A stretch of DNA of 36,833 bases from a virus (IMGVR_UViG_3300037467_003083:1-36833); one strand, 5' to 3'; shown: positions 24,366-34,624, counted from the first letter of the stretch. Made by a program: numbers and translations. The notes: generated by a model not told the origin, from the letters alone.

Positions 24366-27133
24366 TGGCGCGCCTTCCGGTCTATACGTCTCAGGTTGGC
24401 ATCCAGCCTGCCGGTGCACCGAGCATCCCGGATCAGGGAGCTATCGGCCGCGCGATCTCTGGCGCAGGCAATGCTATCCAGCAGATTGGCGGCGGCCTCA
24501 ATGATCTCGATACCCGAGCCCTTGAGGTTCAGCATCGCCTTGCACAACGGCAGAAGCAGGAAAACGCTTTCGACGATGACAGCAAGCTCAGCCTGTTCAA
24601 GCAGAAGCGCCAGAATGACTATCAGACGGCTTGGCAGAATATGCCGGCGAACGCAGACGGATTTGCCGCCTCGTGGGTAAAGGGCAGTGAGAAGCCCAAC
24701 GCCGACTTCTTGGCGACGATCTCCCCCGCCAACCGCAACAAGGTTGAAGCTCAGCTCCGCGTCTTTGATGAGGATATGGCCGGCACCGCCGCCAAGGATC
24801 AATTCAACGCCCGAGCGACCTATGAAACCAATGACATCAATCAGAGGTACCAGGGCTATCTGACGACGATTGCGCGCAATCCCGATGAGCGTGATGCTGT
24901 CCTTAGTGACCTTAACTCTCAGATCGACAAGGCTTCATCCCTCACTGCGCAGACCAAGCTAAAGATGAAGCAGGATGTCCTGAACGGGGTATCCTACGCT
25001 GATTTCAAAACGAGGTATGGCACCGATCCTGATGGTGCGAAGCGGGCGTTAGGGCGAGATCCTAATGACAAGGTGGCGCTGCCGAAGGGTACGATTGGAC
25101 CTGGCCAGGCTGACCGAGAAAATGCCGCGATGTCCTATTTCGTGGGCCGAGGCTATACCCGAGAGCAGGCGGCGGGCATTGTCGGCAATCTCGTGCATGA
25201 GAGCGGGGGCCTGAACGTCAAGAGCCGCAACCCTGGCGACGGATCAGATGGTACCGACAGCATCGGCATCGCGCAGTGGAACAGCACGCGGGCCAGCAAT
25301 CTCAAGGCATTTGCAGCGGCTCAGGGCAAAGACTGGCATGACCTCGGCGTTCAGCTTGCCTTCGTCGACCACGAGCTGAACACCAGCTATTCCGGTGTGA
25401 AGCAGAAGCTGCTGGCAGCCAAAAGCCCTGATGAGGCAGCAGGTGTATTTGTCACTGGCTATGAACGACCACAAGGCTCTGAGGGTGGCGCGGCAGCCTC
25501 ACATGGCTGGAGCAATCGTCGTGACCAATCCCGCCGTCTGGCTGGTGGAGATTATAAGCCCGGCGAAACCGAACCGGGCACACCAGCGGCGGATCCTCGC
25601 TACGCTGCCCTCACCCTTGATCAGCAAGATAGCCTGATCGACAGCGCTGAGCGCGAACGCAAGCAGCTTGATGCAGCAAATGCGGCCGGCCTGCAAAAAC
25701 AGCTCCAGTCACTCCAGAACACCCTGCAGACTCAGCTTCAGGACGGCAATGCCGGCATGCCTGAAATCAATCAGGCCAGGCAACAGGGCTGGCTATCCGA
25801 TGCCGATACGATCTCCAAGTTCACCAAGATCGTCCAGGATCGCGACAAGGGCATCGAGGATACCCGCACATTCTTCGACAACCTCAACAGCGGCCGAAAA
25901 TCCAATCCTTTCAACGCCGACGACAAGAAGATTGCCGATGCAGGCTTCAAGGCTTTGGGCGGCGACATCAACGCGCTCGATACCGTCTATTCGTCCAGTG
26001 GCATCATGCCTCCTGCCGGCATCACTGCCTTGCGCGGTGGCCTGATCTCCAAGGACGCTAGCACGGTCGGAACCGCCCTCACCATTGCCACCAATGCGCT
26101 GAACCGCGACCCGAATGCCTTCACGGCAGTGGATGGCGGCAATGAGATCGAGCGTCAGGCACAGACATATTCCCACCTCGTGAATGATCGCGGTATCCCC
26201 ACGACCGAAGCCGTGCGCCAGATCATGGAAGCCAACACGCCGGAGTACAAATCCAAGATCCGGGTGAATGACCAGGATCTGCAGGAGTTCAGGAAGAGCA
26301 TCACATCTGACACGATCGCCAAACAGTTTAAGACGGGTATCTTGTCTGGGTACGGAGTCGGCTCTACCCCCGCGTTCGGCTCCAGTCCGACGCAAGCCGC
26401 AGTGATGATGCGCGATTATCGTGAGGCTGCGGAGAAGCACTACAAGGAGACTGCAGACGCTGACCTCGCCCAGAAGATGGCGAAGTCAGATATGGACAAG
26501 ATCTGGGGCGTGACCAACGTTTTCGGCACGCCCACGCTCGTCAATTTTCCGGTTGAGAAGACCTACCCCGGCGTAGGCGTCGACCCTAAGGGTTCCCACA
26601 ACTATGTGATGGTTCAGGCATCCGATGCGATCCATAAACAGGCCGGCCAGTTGGTCGCCCCTGAAAACCTCATCATCGCTCCGATACCCGATGGCTCGAC
26701 CGCCCAAGCCTATTACAAAGGCCAGCCAGCCCCTTACAATGTCGGTTACATGGCGCCTGATGAGAATGGCTACATGGTACCGCACATACTGCCGAACCCG
26801 ATGACCTTCGATCCTGAGCAGGGTCATAGTCGGGCAATGATACCTGTCGCCCCAGCGATCGACGCCATGAGCGCCAGTGAACAGAGAAAGCAGCAGGACA
26901 GGCAAGCAGAACAAGACTTCCAGATGCAGCGTTGGCAGACGATGAATCCAGGCGCCGCTTCTCAGATCGTGCCGAACCGCAGGGAATGGCCGGTGGGACC
27001 GGCCCCTAAGATGCCGCCGCCAAAGCCTCCATCGAACCTGCCCACCAGCGGTAATGATGCCTTCCAAAAGACCAAGGAAGAGTTCGAGCAGCGCCCGAAC
27101 ATCCTGCCTGGTGGCCTAGGCTTGGGAATGTAA
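24365..27133 (+). CDS. internal virion/ejection protein (gp15-like) with a phage-tail-lysozyme domain
   Basis: QAAGIVGNLVHES..GIAQW..QLAFVDHEL..YERP at about 25120-25545; otherwise helical. Confidence 0.85.
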   Translation: MARLPVYTSQVGIQPAGAPSIPDQGAIGRAISGAGNAIQQIGGGLNDLDTRALEVQHRLAQRQKQENAFDDDSKLSLFKQKRQNDYQTAWQNMPANADGFAASWVKGSEKPNADFLATISPANRNKVEAQLRVFDEDMAGTAAKDQFNARATYETNDINQRYQGYLTTIARNPDERDAVLSDLNSQIDKASSLTAQTKLKMKQDVLNGVSYADFKTRYGTDPDGAKRALGRDPNDKVALPKGTIGPGQADRENAAMSYFVGRGYTREQAAGIVGNLVHESGGLNVKSRNPGDGSDGTDSIGIAQWNSTRASNLKAFAAAQGKDWHDLGVQLAFVDHELNTSYSGVKQKLLAAKSPDEAAGVFVTGYERPQGSEGGAAASHGWSNRRDQSRRLAGGDYKPGETEPGTPAADPRYAALTLDQQDSLIDSAERERKQLDAANAAGLQKQLQSLQNTLQTQLQDGNAGMPEINQARQQGWLSDADTISKFTKIVQDRDKGIEDTRTFFDNLNSGRKSNPFNADDKKIADAGFKALGGDINALDTVYSSSGIMPPAGITALRGGLISKDASTVGTALTIATNALNRDPNAFTAVDGGNEIERQAQTYSHLVNDRGIPTTEAVRQIMEANTPEYKSKIRVNDQDLQEFRKSITSDTIAKQFKTGILSGYGVGSTPAFGSSPTQAAVMMRDYREAAEKHYKETADADLAQKMAKSDMDKIWGVTNVFGTPTLVNFPVEKTYPGVGVDPKGSHNYVMVQASDAIHKQAGQLVAPENLIIAPIPDGSTAQAYYKGQPAPYNVGYMAPDENGYMVPHILPNPMTFDPEQGHSRAMIPVAPAIDAMSASEQRKQQDRQAEQDFQMQRWQTMNPGAASQIVPNRREWPVGPAPKMPPPKPPSNLPTSGNDAFQKTKEEFEQRPNILPGGLGLGM

Positions 27134-27134
27134 G

Positions 27135-30100
27135 ATGGCGAATACTGACTTCCCCAGTCTCGCAACGCCGCTTGTTGGTACGCCGGAGCCGCCACGCCCG
27201 CTGACCTTTGACGAGCGCATTGCCCAGATCGAGGCTGAACCTACACCGGCCGAAGTGCTTTCCGCCGGGTTCCGTCAGAACAACCTGATCGCCTCGACAG
27301 CCGCCGACAAGCGCTCTGCGATGTCGCTTGAGCGTGACCCGGAATTCAATCTGCGCAAGTCGTTGGAGGCCGAGAAGAACCCGCTTTATCTCGATAACTG
27401 GCAGTCCTTCCACAATGTGTTCAACCAGAAGGATTTCGACCTCACCAAAGCCCAGATCGACATGGAGCAGGAGGACCGCCGCAAGATAGAGGCCGGCGGC
27501 TGGCTTGGCGTCGTGGGCGGTGTGGCTGGCGGTATCCTCGATCCGACCTTGCTGCTTCCTGTTGCCGGTGAAGTGAATGGCGCTCGATCGGCCGCCAATG
27601 TCGGCCGGGCGTTCCTCAGGACTGGCCTGTCTGTCGGCGCTGCTACGGCTGCCCAAGAAGCCGGCCTACAGGCCACGCAGACCATGCGTACAGGCGAAGA
27701 GAGCGCTTTCGCTATTGGATCGTCAGTCTTGCTTGGTGGCCTGCTAGGCAGCGCTGCAAAGGTCATGTCGCCGGCAGAACGGCAGATTGGTGAAGCAGCC
27801 CTGCAACGGCTTTCCACGCCGGAAGGATCGGCAGTGGGTTCGAGTGCTGGCGCTGCCGCACGTGATGTCCTGTCCCGCGAAGACCTGACCGTTGCCGGCA
27901 ATGCCGCAGAACGAGTAGCCGATAGCACGGCCCAGATGAACCCGATCCTCCGCGGCAACACCTCGCCATCTGCTGCCGTTCGTGATGCAAGCCAGAGCTT
28001 GTTTGAGAACACGATGTACCAGGCCGGCAATGCGGAGGGCCGCACGGCCGGCATCGCTGCCGAGACCGCTATCAGGCAATTGCGGGATTCCCTCATGCCA
28101 GAGGGTCTCACGGCTCATAACGCCATCTTCAAAGAGGCCCGGCTTGCCAATGTTGGCATGAACGCCGAGGAATTCGAGAGCGCCGTTGGCATGGCCATGC
28201 GCCGTGCCGACACAGGCGAGAACGATTTCGTCAGCCGCGCCGCGGAGAGCTGGCGCAAGACGGTGTTTGACCCGCTGAAGAAAGAGGCGATCAAGCTCGA
28301 TCTCCTGCCGGCTGATGTTTCGGTTGATGAAGCGGACAGCTATTTCACCCGCATGTGGAACTCGAACAAGATCAATGCGCAGCAGTCGCGTTTCGTGCAG
28401 ATCGTGCGGGATCACATCGAGGGCGGCTTGCGCCAAGAATTTCAGGATGATGTTGAGCGGTTGCAGGGGCGCCTTGCCAAACTGGAGCGGGAGAAGACCG
28501 ATCTTCAGTTGACGCCGGATCTTCGCGCCAAGGAGATCGAGGACATCGAGGCCAAGCAACAACAGCTCTACGGTAACAATCCCGATCACGTCGACCGCGC
28601 CGACCAGTTGAACGATCTGCGCCAGCAGGTGGCGGCAGCGAATGAGGCCGGCAAGAAGGAACTGGCGCGCAACCTTCAGGAAGCGGCTCGGAACCTACGC
28701 AAGGCCGGTGGCGAGGGCTTCACCAGGTTTGAGGGAGAGCGCGCCACCCTAAACGCTCGCCGCCGCAATCTCGATCTTGGTTATGCCAGCATGGCCGATC
28801 GCCGCGACACGATCATGAACAGCCTTGCTGATCTGGAGGAAGCCAACCAGCGCAGCATGCTTCGGCTCGTGAAGAAGGGGCAGAAATTCCAGCAGGAGAT
28901 CCAACGCTTGGACCCCGCTACCTTTGCCGAGCGTGCGGGCGCATTGCGCGAAGCGTTCGCCGCAGAGGCCGCCAAGGCAGAGCGTCAAGCCGAACGCTTC
29001 AAGGCCCAGGCCGACAAACTGGAAAAGGTACAGGCTGAGGGCAAGAGTGTCGGAGCGGCCGGCGCTGATCTCCTTGACCGGCAGGCTAAGGCAGAACAGG
29101 CCCGCGCTGATCGGCTCAATGCGATTGCTTCTCGCATGGAGGCTGCTGAAAACCTCGATCCTCAGGCCATGCTTGACGAGGTGCAGGATGGTGTTTCGAA
29201 CCTCATCAGCGAGGTATCAAACGTCAGCCTTGGCCGTGGCGAGCGGGCGCAGCGTCTACAAGAACGCCTTGCTACTCTCGACCCGGCAAAGGTCGATGCT
29301 CGCCTGAAAGCGATCGAAGAGACCAAGCAGAAGTTCAATTATCGCCACATGGAGAAGTGGGATATCGAGCGCGGCGCGATGGGAACGCATCTGCCTGTCG
29401 GCCAGCAGGATTTCAGCCAGTACTCCGGCGACATCGCCAATGCGATCTTCGACAAGCTGTCAGGACGCGGCTTCGACAACAACATTCCCGATGGCATCGT
29501 GCCGGCTACGCGGGGACCGCTGAAAGAGCGCACCTTCCACATCCCCGATCGACTGGTTGAGGACTTCCTGGAAAGCAATGTGAAGCATGTAGCCGAAAAC
29601 TACGTGCGGAAGATGACGGCCGATATCGAACTGACGCGCAAGTTTGGTTCGGCCGACATGAAAGAAGTCCTTGCCAAGGTGCAGCAGGATTACGACAAGG
29701 TGCGCGCCGCGGTGAATAGCGCCTCCTCGATCGACGAAATCCGGCAGGCAGCCCAGAACGAACCGGGCTTGATCAAGAAGCTCTTTGGCAAGGGCGACGG
29801 CAAGAAGTCAATTGACCAGGTCCGAGAGGAAACGCTCGGCTATCTGCGCCGCCGTGAGAAGTCGGACCTTGAGGATTTGCAGGCCGGACGCGATCTGATG
29901 CGCGGCAACTACAAGCCCGCCAACATGAACACGGTCTGGGGCCGATCCGTACGCGCCGCACTGCAATACAACTACCTGACCCGCATGGGCTCGGTCGTGA
30001 TCTCCAACCTTTCGGAAATCTTCCGGCCCGCCATGGTATACGGGCTGTCGCCATTCCTCTCGGATGGCATCACGCCCTTGCTGTCCAACCTGAAGAGCAT

Positions 30101-31187
30101 CGGCGTCCAGAACGCCATCAAGGAGCTGAAGCTGGCCGGCGTGGCAACAGAGCGTGCTCTCTTGCACCGCATCCAGTCGCTTTCCGAGATGGGTGATCCC
30201 TATGCTCGGGGCACGGCGGCTGAACGCCTGATGGACAATGCCACCCGCGTTGCCGGCAAGTGGAGCGGGCTTGCCGCCCTGACCGACTTCAACAAGACCG
30301 TATCAGGCATCCTGGCCCAGGATCGCATTATCCGCCTGGCTCAGGAAGGAAAGGATGTAAAAACCCTCTCCTATCTCGGCATGAACGCAGCGATGCGCGA
30401 GCGTGTTGCCGATCAGGTCAAGCGCTTCGCCAGCAAGGAAGACGGCGCCTGGGCGGCCAACACCGAGAAATGGACCGACGAGGAGGCCGTCAGGCATTTT
30501 CGCGCTGCGCTGAACAAGGATGTCAATTCCGTCATCGTGACGAAATCGGTGGGCGATGTCCCGCTCTTCGCCAACACCCCCACCGGCAAGATCATCATGC
30601 AGTTCAAGGCCTTCGCCTTGGCCAGTCATCAACGCGTGTTGATCCGCGGATTGCAGGAGGGCGGATCGCGCTTCATGGGCGGCCTGATCTCGATGACAAT
30701 CATGGGGATGATGGCGACCTACTTCCGGGCGCTGGCAACGAACCGGCTCGACAAGATCCCCGGCGCCGATAATCCCGGCTGGTGGATCGGTGAAGGGCTG
30801 GACAACACCGGTATCTTCGCTGTTCCGCTGGAGTTGGCAAACGATCTGGAGAAGCCGACCGGCATCAATCCTCTGAAAGACCCTCTTCGTGCCGCTGGCC
30901 GTGCCATTACCGGTGCAACCGACAAGCCGGAATCCTTCCGCAACACGAACCGCAACGGCCCCGGCGCCTTGCTCGGGCCGACCTTCGGAACAGCAGCCGA
31001 CGTGTTCAATCTTGTCGGCACCCTGGGCGCCCATGCTCGTGGTGCAAAAGTCAGCGCCGGCCAGAACAAATCGGCGGTTAACTCAGCGGCAAACTTGACG
31101 CCGTTCTACAGCTATCCGATTCTTAGGCAGGTCATTGATTGGGGCGTGAAGCCGGCAGCCGCCGATGCCCTGGGAGCAAAGCCTTGA
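27135..31187 (+). CDS. large internal virion/ejection protein (gp16-like)
   Basis: 1350 aa; hydrophobic Gly-rich segments near both ends, long coiled coil, GKIIMQFKAF and GPT motifs. Confidence 0.85.
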   Translation: MANTDFPSLATPLVGTPEPPRPLTFDERIAQIEAEPTPAEVLSAGFRQNNLIASTAADKRSAMSLERDPEFNLRKSLEAEKNPLYLDNWQSFHNVFNQKDFDLTKAQIDMEQEDRRKIEAGGWLGVVGGVAGGILDPTLLLPVAGEVNGARSAANVGRAFLRTGLSVGAATAAQEAGLQATQTMRTGEESAFAIGSSVLLGGLLGSAAKVMSPAERQIGEAALQRLSTPEGSAVGSSAGAAARDVLSREDLTVAGNAAERVADSTAQMNPILRGNTSPSAAVRDASQSLFENTMYQAGNAEGRTAGIAAETAIRQLRDSLMPEGLTAHNAIFKEARLANVGMNAEEFESAVGMAMRRADTGENDFVSRAAESWRKTVFDPLKKEAIKLDLLPADVSVDEADSYFTRMWNSNKINAQQSRFVQIVRDHIEGGLRQEFQDDVERLQGRLAKLEREKTDLQLTPDLRAKEIEDIEAKQQQLYGNNPDHVDRADQLNDLRQQVAAANEAGKKELARNLQEAARNLRKAGGEGFTRFEGERATLNARRRNLDLGYASMADRRDTIMNSLADLEEANQRSMLRLVKKGQKFQQEIQRLDPATFAERAGALREAFAAEAAKAERQAERFKAQADKLEKVQAEGKSVGAAGADLLDRQAKAEQARADRLNAIASRMEAAENLDPQAMLDEVQDGVSNLISEVSNVSLGRGERAQRLQERLATLDPAKVDARLKAIEETKQKFNYRHMEKWDIERGAMGTHLPVGQQDFSQYSGDIANAIFDKLSGRGFDNNIPDGIVPATRGPLKERTFHIPDRLVEDFLESNVKHVAENYVRKMTADIELTRKFGSADMKEVLAKVQQDYDKVRAAVNSASSIDEIRQAAQNEPGLIKKLFGKGDGKKSIDQVREETLGYLRRREKSDLEDLQAGRDLMRGNYKPANMNTVWGRSVRAALQYNYLTRMGSVVISNLSEIFRPAMVYGLSPFLSDGITPLLSNLKSIGVQNAIKELKLAGVATERALLHRIQSLSEMGDPYARGTAAERLMDNATRVAGKWSGLAALTDFNKTVSGILAQDRIIRLAQEGKDVKTLSYLGMNAAMRERVADQVKRFASKEDGAWAANTEKWTDEEAVRHFRAALNKDVNSVIVTKSVGDVPLFANTPTGKIIMQFKAFALASHQRVLIRGLQEGGSRFMGGLISMTIMGMMATYFRALATNRLDKIPGADNPGWWIGEGLDNTGIFAVPLELANDLEKPTGINPLKDPLRAAGRAITGATDKPESFRNTNRNGPGALLGPTFGTAADVFNLVGTLGAHARGAKVSAGQNKSAVNSAANLTPFYSYPILRQVIDWGVKPAAADALGAKP

Positions 31188-31333
31188 GCGATTTCTGGGA
31201 TCGGTACGGACTGATCATCATCTTCGGCAGCCTCTTGCTTATGGCTGCCGCTCACTTCGCGGGCATTCTCCCCAAAGGGACGGGAAGCGAAGGCGGCGAA
31301 TGCGGTTCGGCTTCGTGGAAGTATGACTGCTGA
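31184..31333 (+). CDS. small membrane protein (49 aa, TTG start)
   Basis: GGAG SD; TTGA overlap; YGLIIIFGSLLLMAAAHFAG TM; two C-terminal Cys. Confidence 0.5.
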   Translation: MSDFWDRYGLIIIFGSLLLMAAAHFAGILPKGTGSEGGECGSASWKYDC

Positions 31334-31340
31334 ATTGCAT

Positions 31341-31700
31341 TTATGGTTCTTGTTTGTTGTCGTCACCATACCAGAACCGTGTCGAATGTATGGTCGGGTT
31401 TTTTAGTCTATATGCTTCAAGTACACTCTTGCCGAAGGTCGCATTAAATTTATCGCAGAGGATTGGTCCTAAGTTGAAGGCTGTCTCAGCGGCCATCGCA
31501 TAGGTCTGCTCAAAATGTGGTGCTTTTACCCGAGTGCTATTAACTAGCCTAGTCACACCGCAGCTCATCAACCAATTCGTACAATCTGCTGAAGCTGCAA
31601 GAACGCTGGTCATTGTAGGTTGCTTTTTGCAATCGACTTCTTGTGAAGAAGCCGGCCCCGCCAGCAGCACCGCCGCAACCAAAACCGCAATCTTCTTCAT
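31341..31700 (-). CDS. exported moron protein with signal peptide (119 aa)
   Basis: MKKIAVLVAAVLLAGPASS-Q; 4 Cys; opposite strand; visibly AT-richer. Confidence 0.7.
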   Translation of the reverse strand: MKKIAVLVAAVLLAGPASSQEVDCKKQPTMTSVLAASADCTNWLMSCGVTRLVNSTRVKAPHFEQTYAMAAETAFNLGPILCDKFNATFGKSVLEAYRLKNPTIHSTRFWYGDDNKQEP

Positions 31701-31719
31701 CCCAACCCCCGAGGTAGTC

Positions 31720-31911
31720 ATGAACGACGCCTTATACCGCGATTTGTACGAAGCACTGAAGGCAAATCCTGAGATGACAGCAACCGAAGCTCTCATTCGT
31801 CGTTTTTCGGATGCGTCTGTATCGGCGCTAAACCAGATTGGTTCCAGCCTAGAGTCTCTCTGCAAGCAGGATGACGGTTCGGTCCCGACCAATCGTGAAG
31901 AAGACGAGTAG
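31720..31911 (+). CDS. small acidic hypothetical protein (63 aa)
   Basis: GAGGT SD; MNDALYRDLYEALK... Confidence 0.55.
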   Translation: MNDALYRDLYEALKANPEMTATEALIRRFSDASVSALNQIGSSLESLCKQDDGSVPTNREEDE

Positions 31912-31936
31912 TTTCCTCTACAAGCCGTGACACCAC

Positions 31937-31966
31937 AACCCGCCCTCACCCGGCGGGTTTTTCTTT
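31937..31966 (+). terminator. intrinsic terminator
   Basis: AACCCGCC-N7-GGCGGGTT-TTTCTTT. Confidence 0.8.
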
Positions 31967-31979
31967 ACCCGGAGCCCCC

Positions 31980-32750
31980 ATGACAATTCCCAGCTATGAC
32001 AACCGGCGCTCCTATGCGGGCGACGGGAGCACGACTGTCTTCGCTTTTCCGCCTCCGTTCACGACGAACACCGACTTGGTGGTGGCAATCAAGGACGCTT
32101 CAGGCAACTACACGACCAAGATCCTCGCCACCGATTACACGGTGACAGGCGCTGGCAATCCGGCCGGTGGCAATGTCACGATGCTGGTTGCGCCGGCAAC
32201 AGGGACCACCCTCATCGTTCTGCGCAAGGTTCCGCCGACACAGGCGATGGATCTGCAGGATGGTGGCCCCCTGCCCTCGCCTACCATCAACCGCGCCCAT
32301 GATCGCCGGGCTATGGTTGAGCAGTATATTCTCGACATGATGATGCGCTCGCTCACGAAGGGTGAGTTGGATGACGGCACGGGGCCATTCAACGCTGGAG
32401 GGTCACAGATCATCGGCGCCGCAGACGCCGTGGTGGGCAGCGGCCTCGTAACCCTCTCTCAGCTCGTGATTGCCCTATCAACCGGCATTGTCGGCCCTGC
32501 CGGCTCGGTGACAAAGCGCCAGGTCGTGCTGGCCTTGACCGACAGCGCCAATCCAGCCGGCGCCAACATGCTGCCGAACGTGAACGCCTACGCCGATCCG
32601 ATGGCAGCGGATGCTGGCTCTGCGCAGTGGTTCGCCGGTTCGGCAATGGCGCCGAGCGACGCCCTTTACACCCTCATCCAGACGGCCACCGGGTGGTCGA
32701 GCCCGCAAATGGATGCCTTCATGACCCTTGCCCGGAGTAAGCCGGTATGA
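31980..32750 (+). CDS. short tail fiber anchor/adapter protein
   Basis: YAGDGSTTVFAFP, DYTVTGAG..GGNVT, AHDR..M..Q: podovirus fiber N-terminal anchor; only 256 aa. Confidence 0.85.
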   Translation: MTIPSYDNRRSYAGDGSTTVFAFPPPFTTNTDLVVAIKDASGNYTTKILATDYTVTGAGNPAGGNVTMLVAPATGTTLIVLRKVPPTQAMDLQDGGPLPSPTINRAHDRRAMVEQYILDMMMRSLTKGELDDGTGPFNAGGSQIIGAADAVVGSGLVTLSQLVIALSTGIVGPAGSVTKRQVVLALTDSANPAGANMLPNVNAYADPMAADAGSAQWFAGSAMAPSDALYTLIQTATGWSSPQMDAFMTLARSKPV

Positions 32751-34624
32751 CCCGTTTCCTCGCGATCATCTTCGCGCTCTTCGCCACAGTCGCTTATGCC
32801 CAGAAGGGCACGCCGACGTTCGGCATCGACAAGACAGGCACAACGCGATGCCTCTACACGTGGGACCTGAACAACACCACGGCAACCGATAAAAGCCTCC
32901 CCTTTGGCTGCATCGATGGCAAGGGCGCCTGGAATATTCCGCCAGCTCTCCGTAATGCCCGCACGATCAACGAGACCGATTTGCGGGGCTACGGCTATGT
33001 TGGCGATGGCACCAGCCGCCCGTTGTCTGGCGTTACCAGCCTGAACGGGCGAAGCACCGTTGGATGGACGCTCAGCCAGTGGCAGGCGGCTCTGCCTGGT
33101 GCTCAGGCCCTGACCGACAATATCGACGAAGCAGCCATTGCTTCTGCGGTATCTGCATCGTCTGGTGATCTCACGATCAATCTTGGTCCCGGCACGATTG
33201 TCACCACGCGTCCGCTAATCCTGTGCGGCAAGACTGTCGTGCTGCAGGGCGCGAGCCTGCTATCCTACAATGCCGTGACGAAGTTCGTCGTAAAGCACAG
33301 CGGCAATGGCATCGAGCACTGTGCCGGCGAGCCGCAGACCTCGCGCATGGAATTGCGCAATCTCGATATCGATCTTGACGACACATTCCGTTCGACCTCC
33401 AGCACCTCCTGGGCCATCTATGACCGAACGGCCAACTGGACGCGGCTCGACAATGTGCTTGTCACCGACTTCAACAACTGCGCCCGGTTCTTCAATCCCT
33501 CGGGCACCGTGGCTACCCGCGTCCAGTGCCGGCACTATGATGGTTCCTATGTCAACAACGGCATCGGTTTCCTCTATGAGGGCACCAACAGCTTCGAGAA
33601 CAAGATCTATGACAGCGGGCCAAACGGCTATCAGCAGTCCTATGTCCTGAACTCGCTGGTTGCCGGCTTCCCGGGCTCGATCGGGCTTGAGGATTTCACG
33701 ATCCAGAATTCTGGCTGCGGCCATACGCAGACCTGCATTACGGTCAGCAGCGACAGCCGCACCTATGGGCCGCTGTTCTTCAAGTTCATCGGCATGAGTG
33801 CCGAGGCAACCGGGCGGTTTATCTTCGCCCGTTCCTGCACCGACATGGTTGTGCGTGACGGCATCTGGCTCGTCTCGAAAAAGGGCGGCTCTTCGAATTG
33901 GTCGAATAACCTTCCTCTCTTCGAATTTGGCGGCGACAACGGCGTCAGTGGGTCCAATACGCCGAACTGCACGATGATCCGTGTCCATGACAATATGATC
34001 TTCGCGCCTTCCGGTGGAGATATTCAGGACGTGTTTCGCGTCAACCGGCGCACCACGGACGTGGTTTTTGCCAACAACCAGATCGGCACCGCAGGATTCA
34101 CGGCCGGCGGCAGCGGCTCGATGTCGGGCTACTACTACTACCTGTCTGACTATGCCCATCCCAGCCTGGACAAGCCGTCGCACACCAGGGCCAACAGCAT
34201 CACGGAGTATGGCACCTATTGGCGCGATCAGGCTACACCCTTCCTGCCTCCGAGCAATGCCTATGGTGCCTTCACAGACCCGGCCGGCGGCTTTGGGCTG
34301 GACAATGGCGAGCGCACCTATACCCGCTATGATTTCCAGATGTTCGGCCGGCCGCAAACCACGCTGGGCACATGCTCGACCGGTAGCGGCTCAACGATGG
34401 CGCCTGGCTCGACCAACGCCTCTGGCACCGTCCATGATGACGGCACCGGCACATCCTGTGTTATTAACTTTGGGACGCCCAAGTTCAACTTCGTGCCTCG
34501 CTGCCAGTTGAAGGCGCGCACCGGCTCCGTCCAGATCGGCATCACATCGATCACTCAGAACGCGATCACCTACACCAGAACGGCAGGCCCTGTGGATGTC
34601 GACTATTCCTGCTCGGCTAATTGA
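32747..34624 (+). CDS. tailspike/depolymerase-like beta-helix protein with N-terminal signal peptide
   Basis: DLRGYG.VGDG..D.AAIASAV..INLGPG...VVLQGAS beta-helix cap; Asn/Gly/Thr-rich body; MTRFLAIIFALFATVAYA-Q start. Confidence 0.8.
   Translation: MTRFLAIIFALFATVAYAQKGTPTFGIDKTGTTRCLYTWDLNNTTATDKSLPFGCIDGKGAWNIPPALRNARTINETDLRGYGYVGDGTSRPLSGVTSLNGRSTVGWTLSQWQAALPGAQALTDNIDEAAIASAVSASSGDLTINLGPGTIVTTRPLILCGKTVVLQGASLLSYNAVTKFVVKHSGNGIEHCAGEPQTSRMELRNLDIDLDDTFRSTSSTSWAIYDRTANWTRLDNVLVTDFNNCARFFNPSGTVATRVQCRHYDGSYVNNGIGFLYEGTNSFENKIYDSGPNGYQQSYVLNSLVAGFPGSIGLEDFTIQNSGCGHTQTCITVSSDSRTYGPLFFKFIGMSAEATGRFIFARSCTDMVVRDGIWLVSKKGGSSNWSNNLPLFEFGGDNGVSGSNTPNCTMIRVHDNMIFAPSGGDIQDVFRVNRRTTDVVFANNQIGTAGFTAGGSGSMSGYYYYLSDYAHPSLDKPSHTRANSITEYGTYWRDQATPFLPPSNAYGAFTDPAGGFGLDNGERTYTRYDFQMFGRPQTTLGTCSTGSGSTMAPGSTNASGTVHDDGTGTSCVINFGTPKFNFVPRCQLKARTGSVQIGITSITQNAITYTRTAGPVDVDYSCSAN

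Noticed and set aside
13375-34357. Long minus-strand ORFs (e.g. 13375-14523, 16157-17377, 18707-19933, 33260-34357)
   Set aside because: Antisense shadows of GC-biased structural genes, with no SD or recognisable motifs
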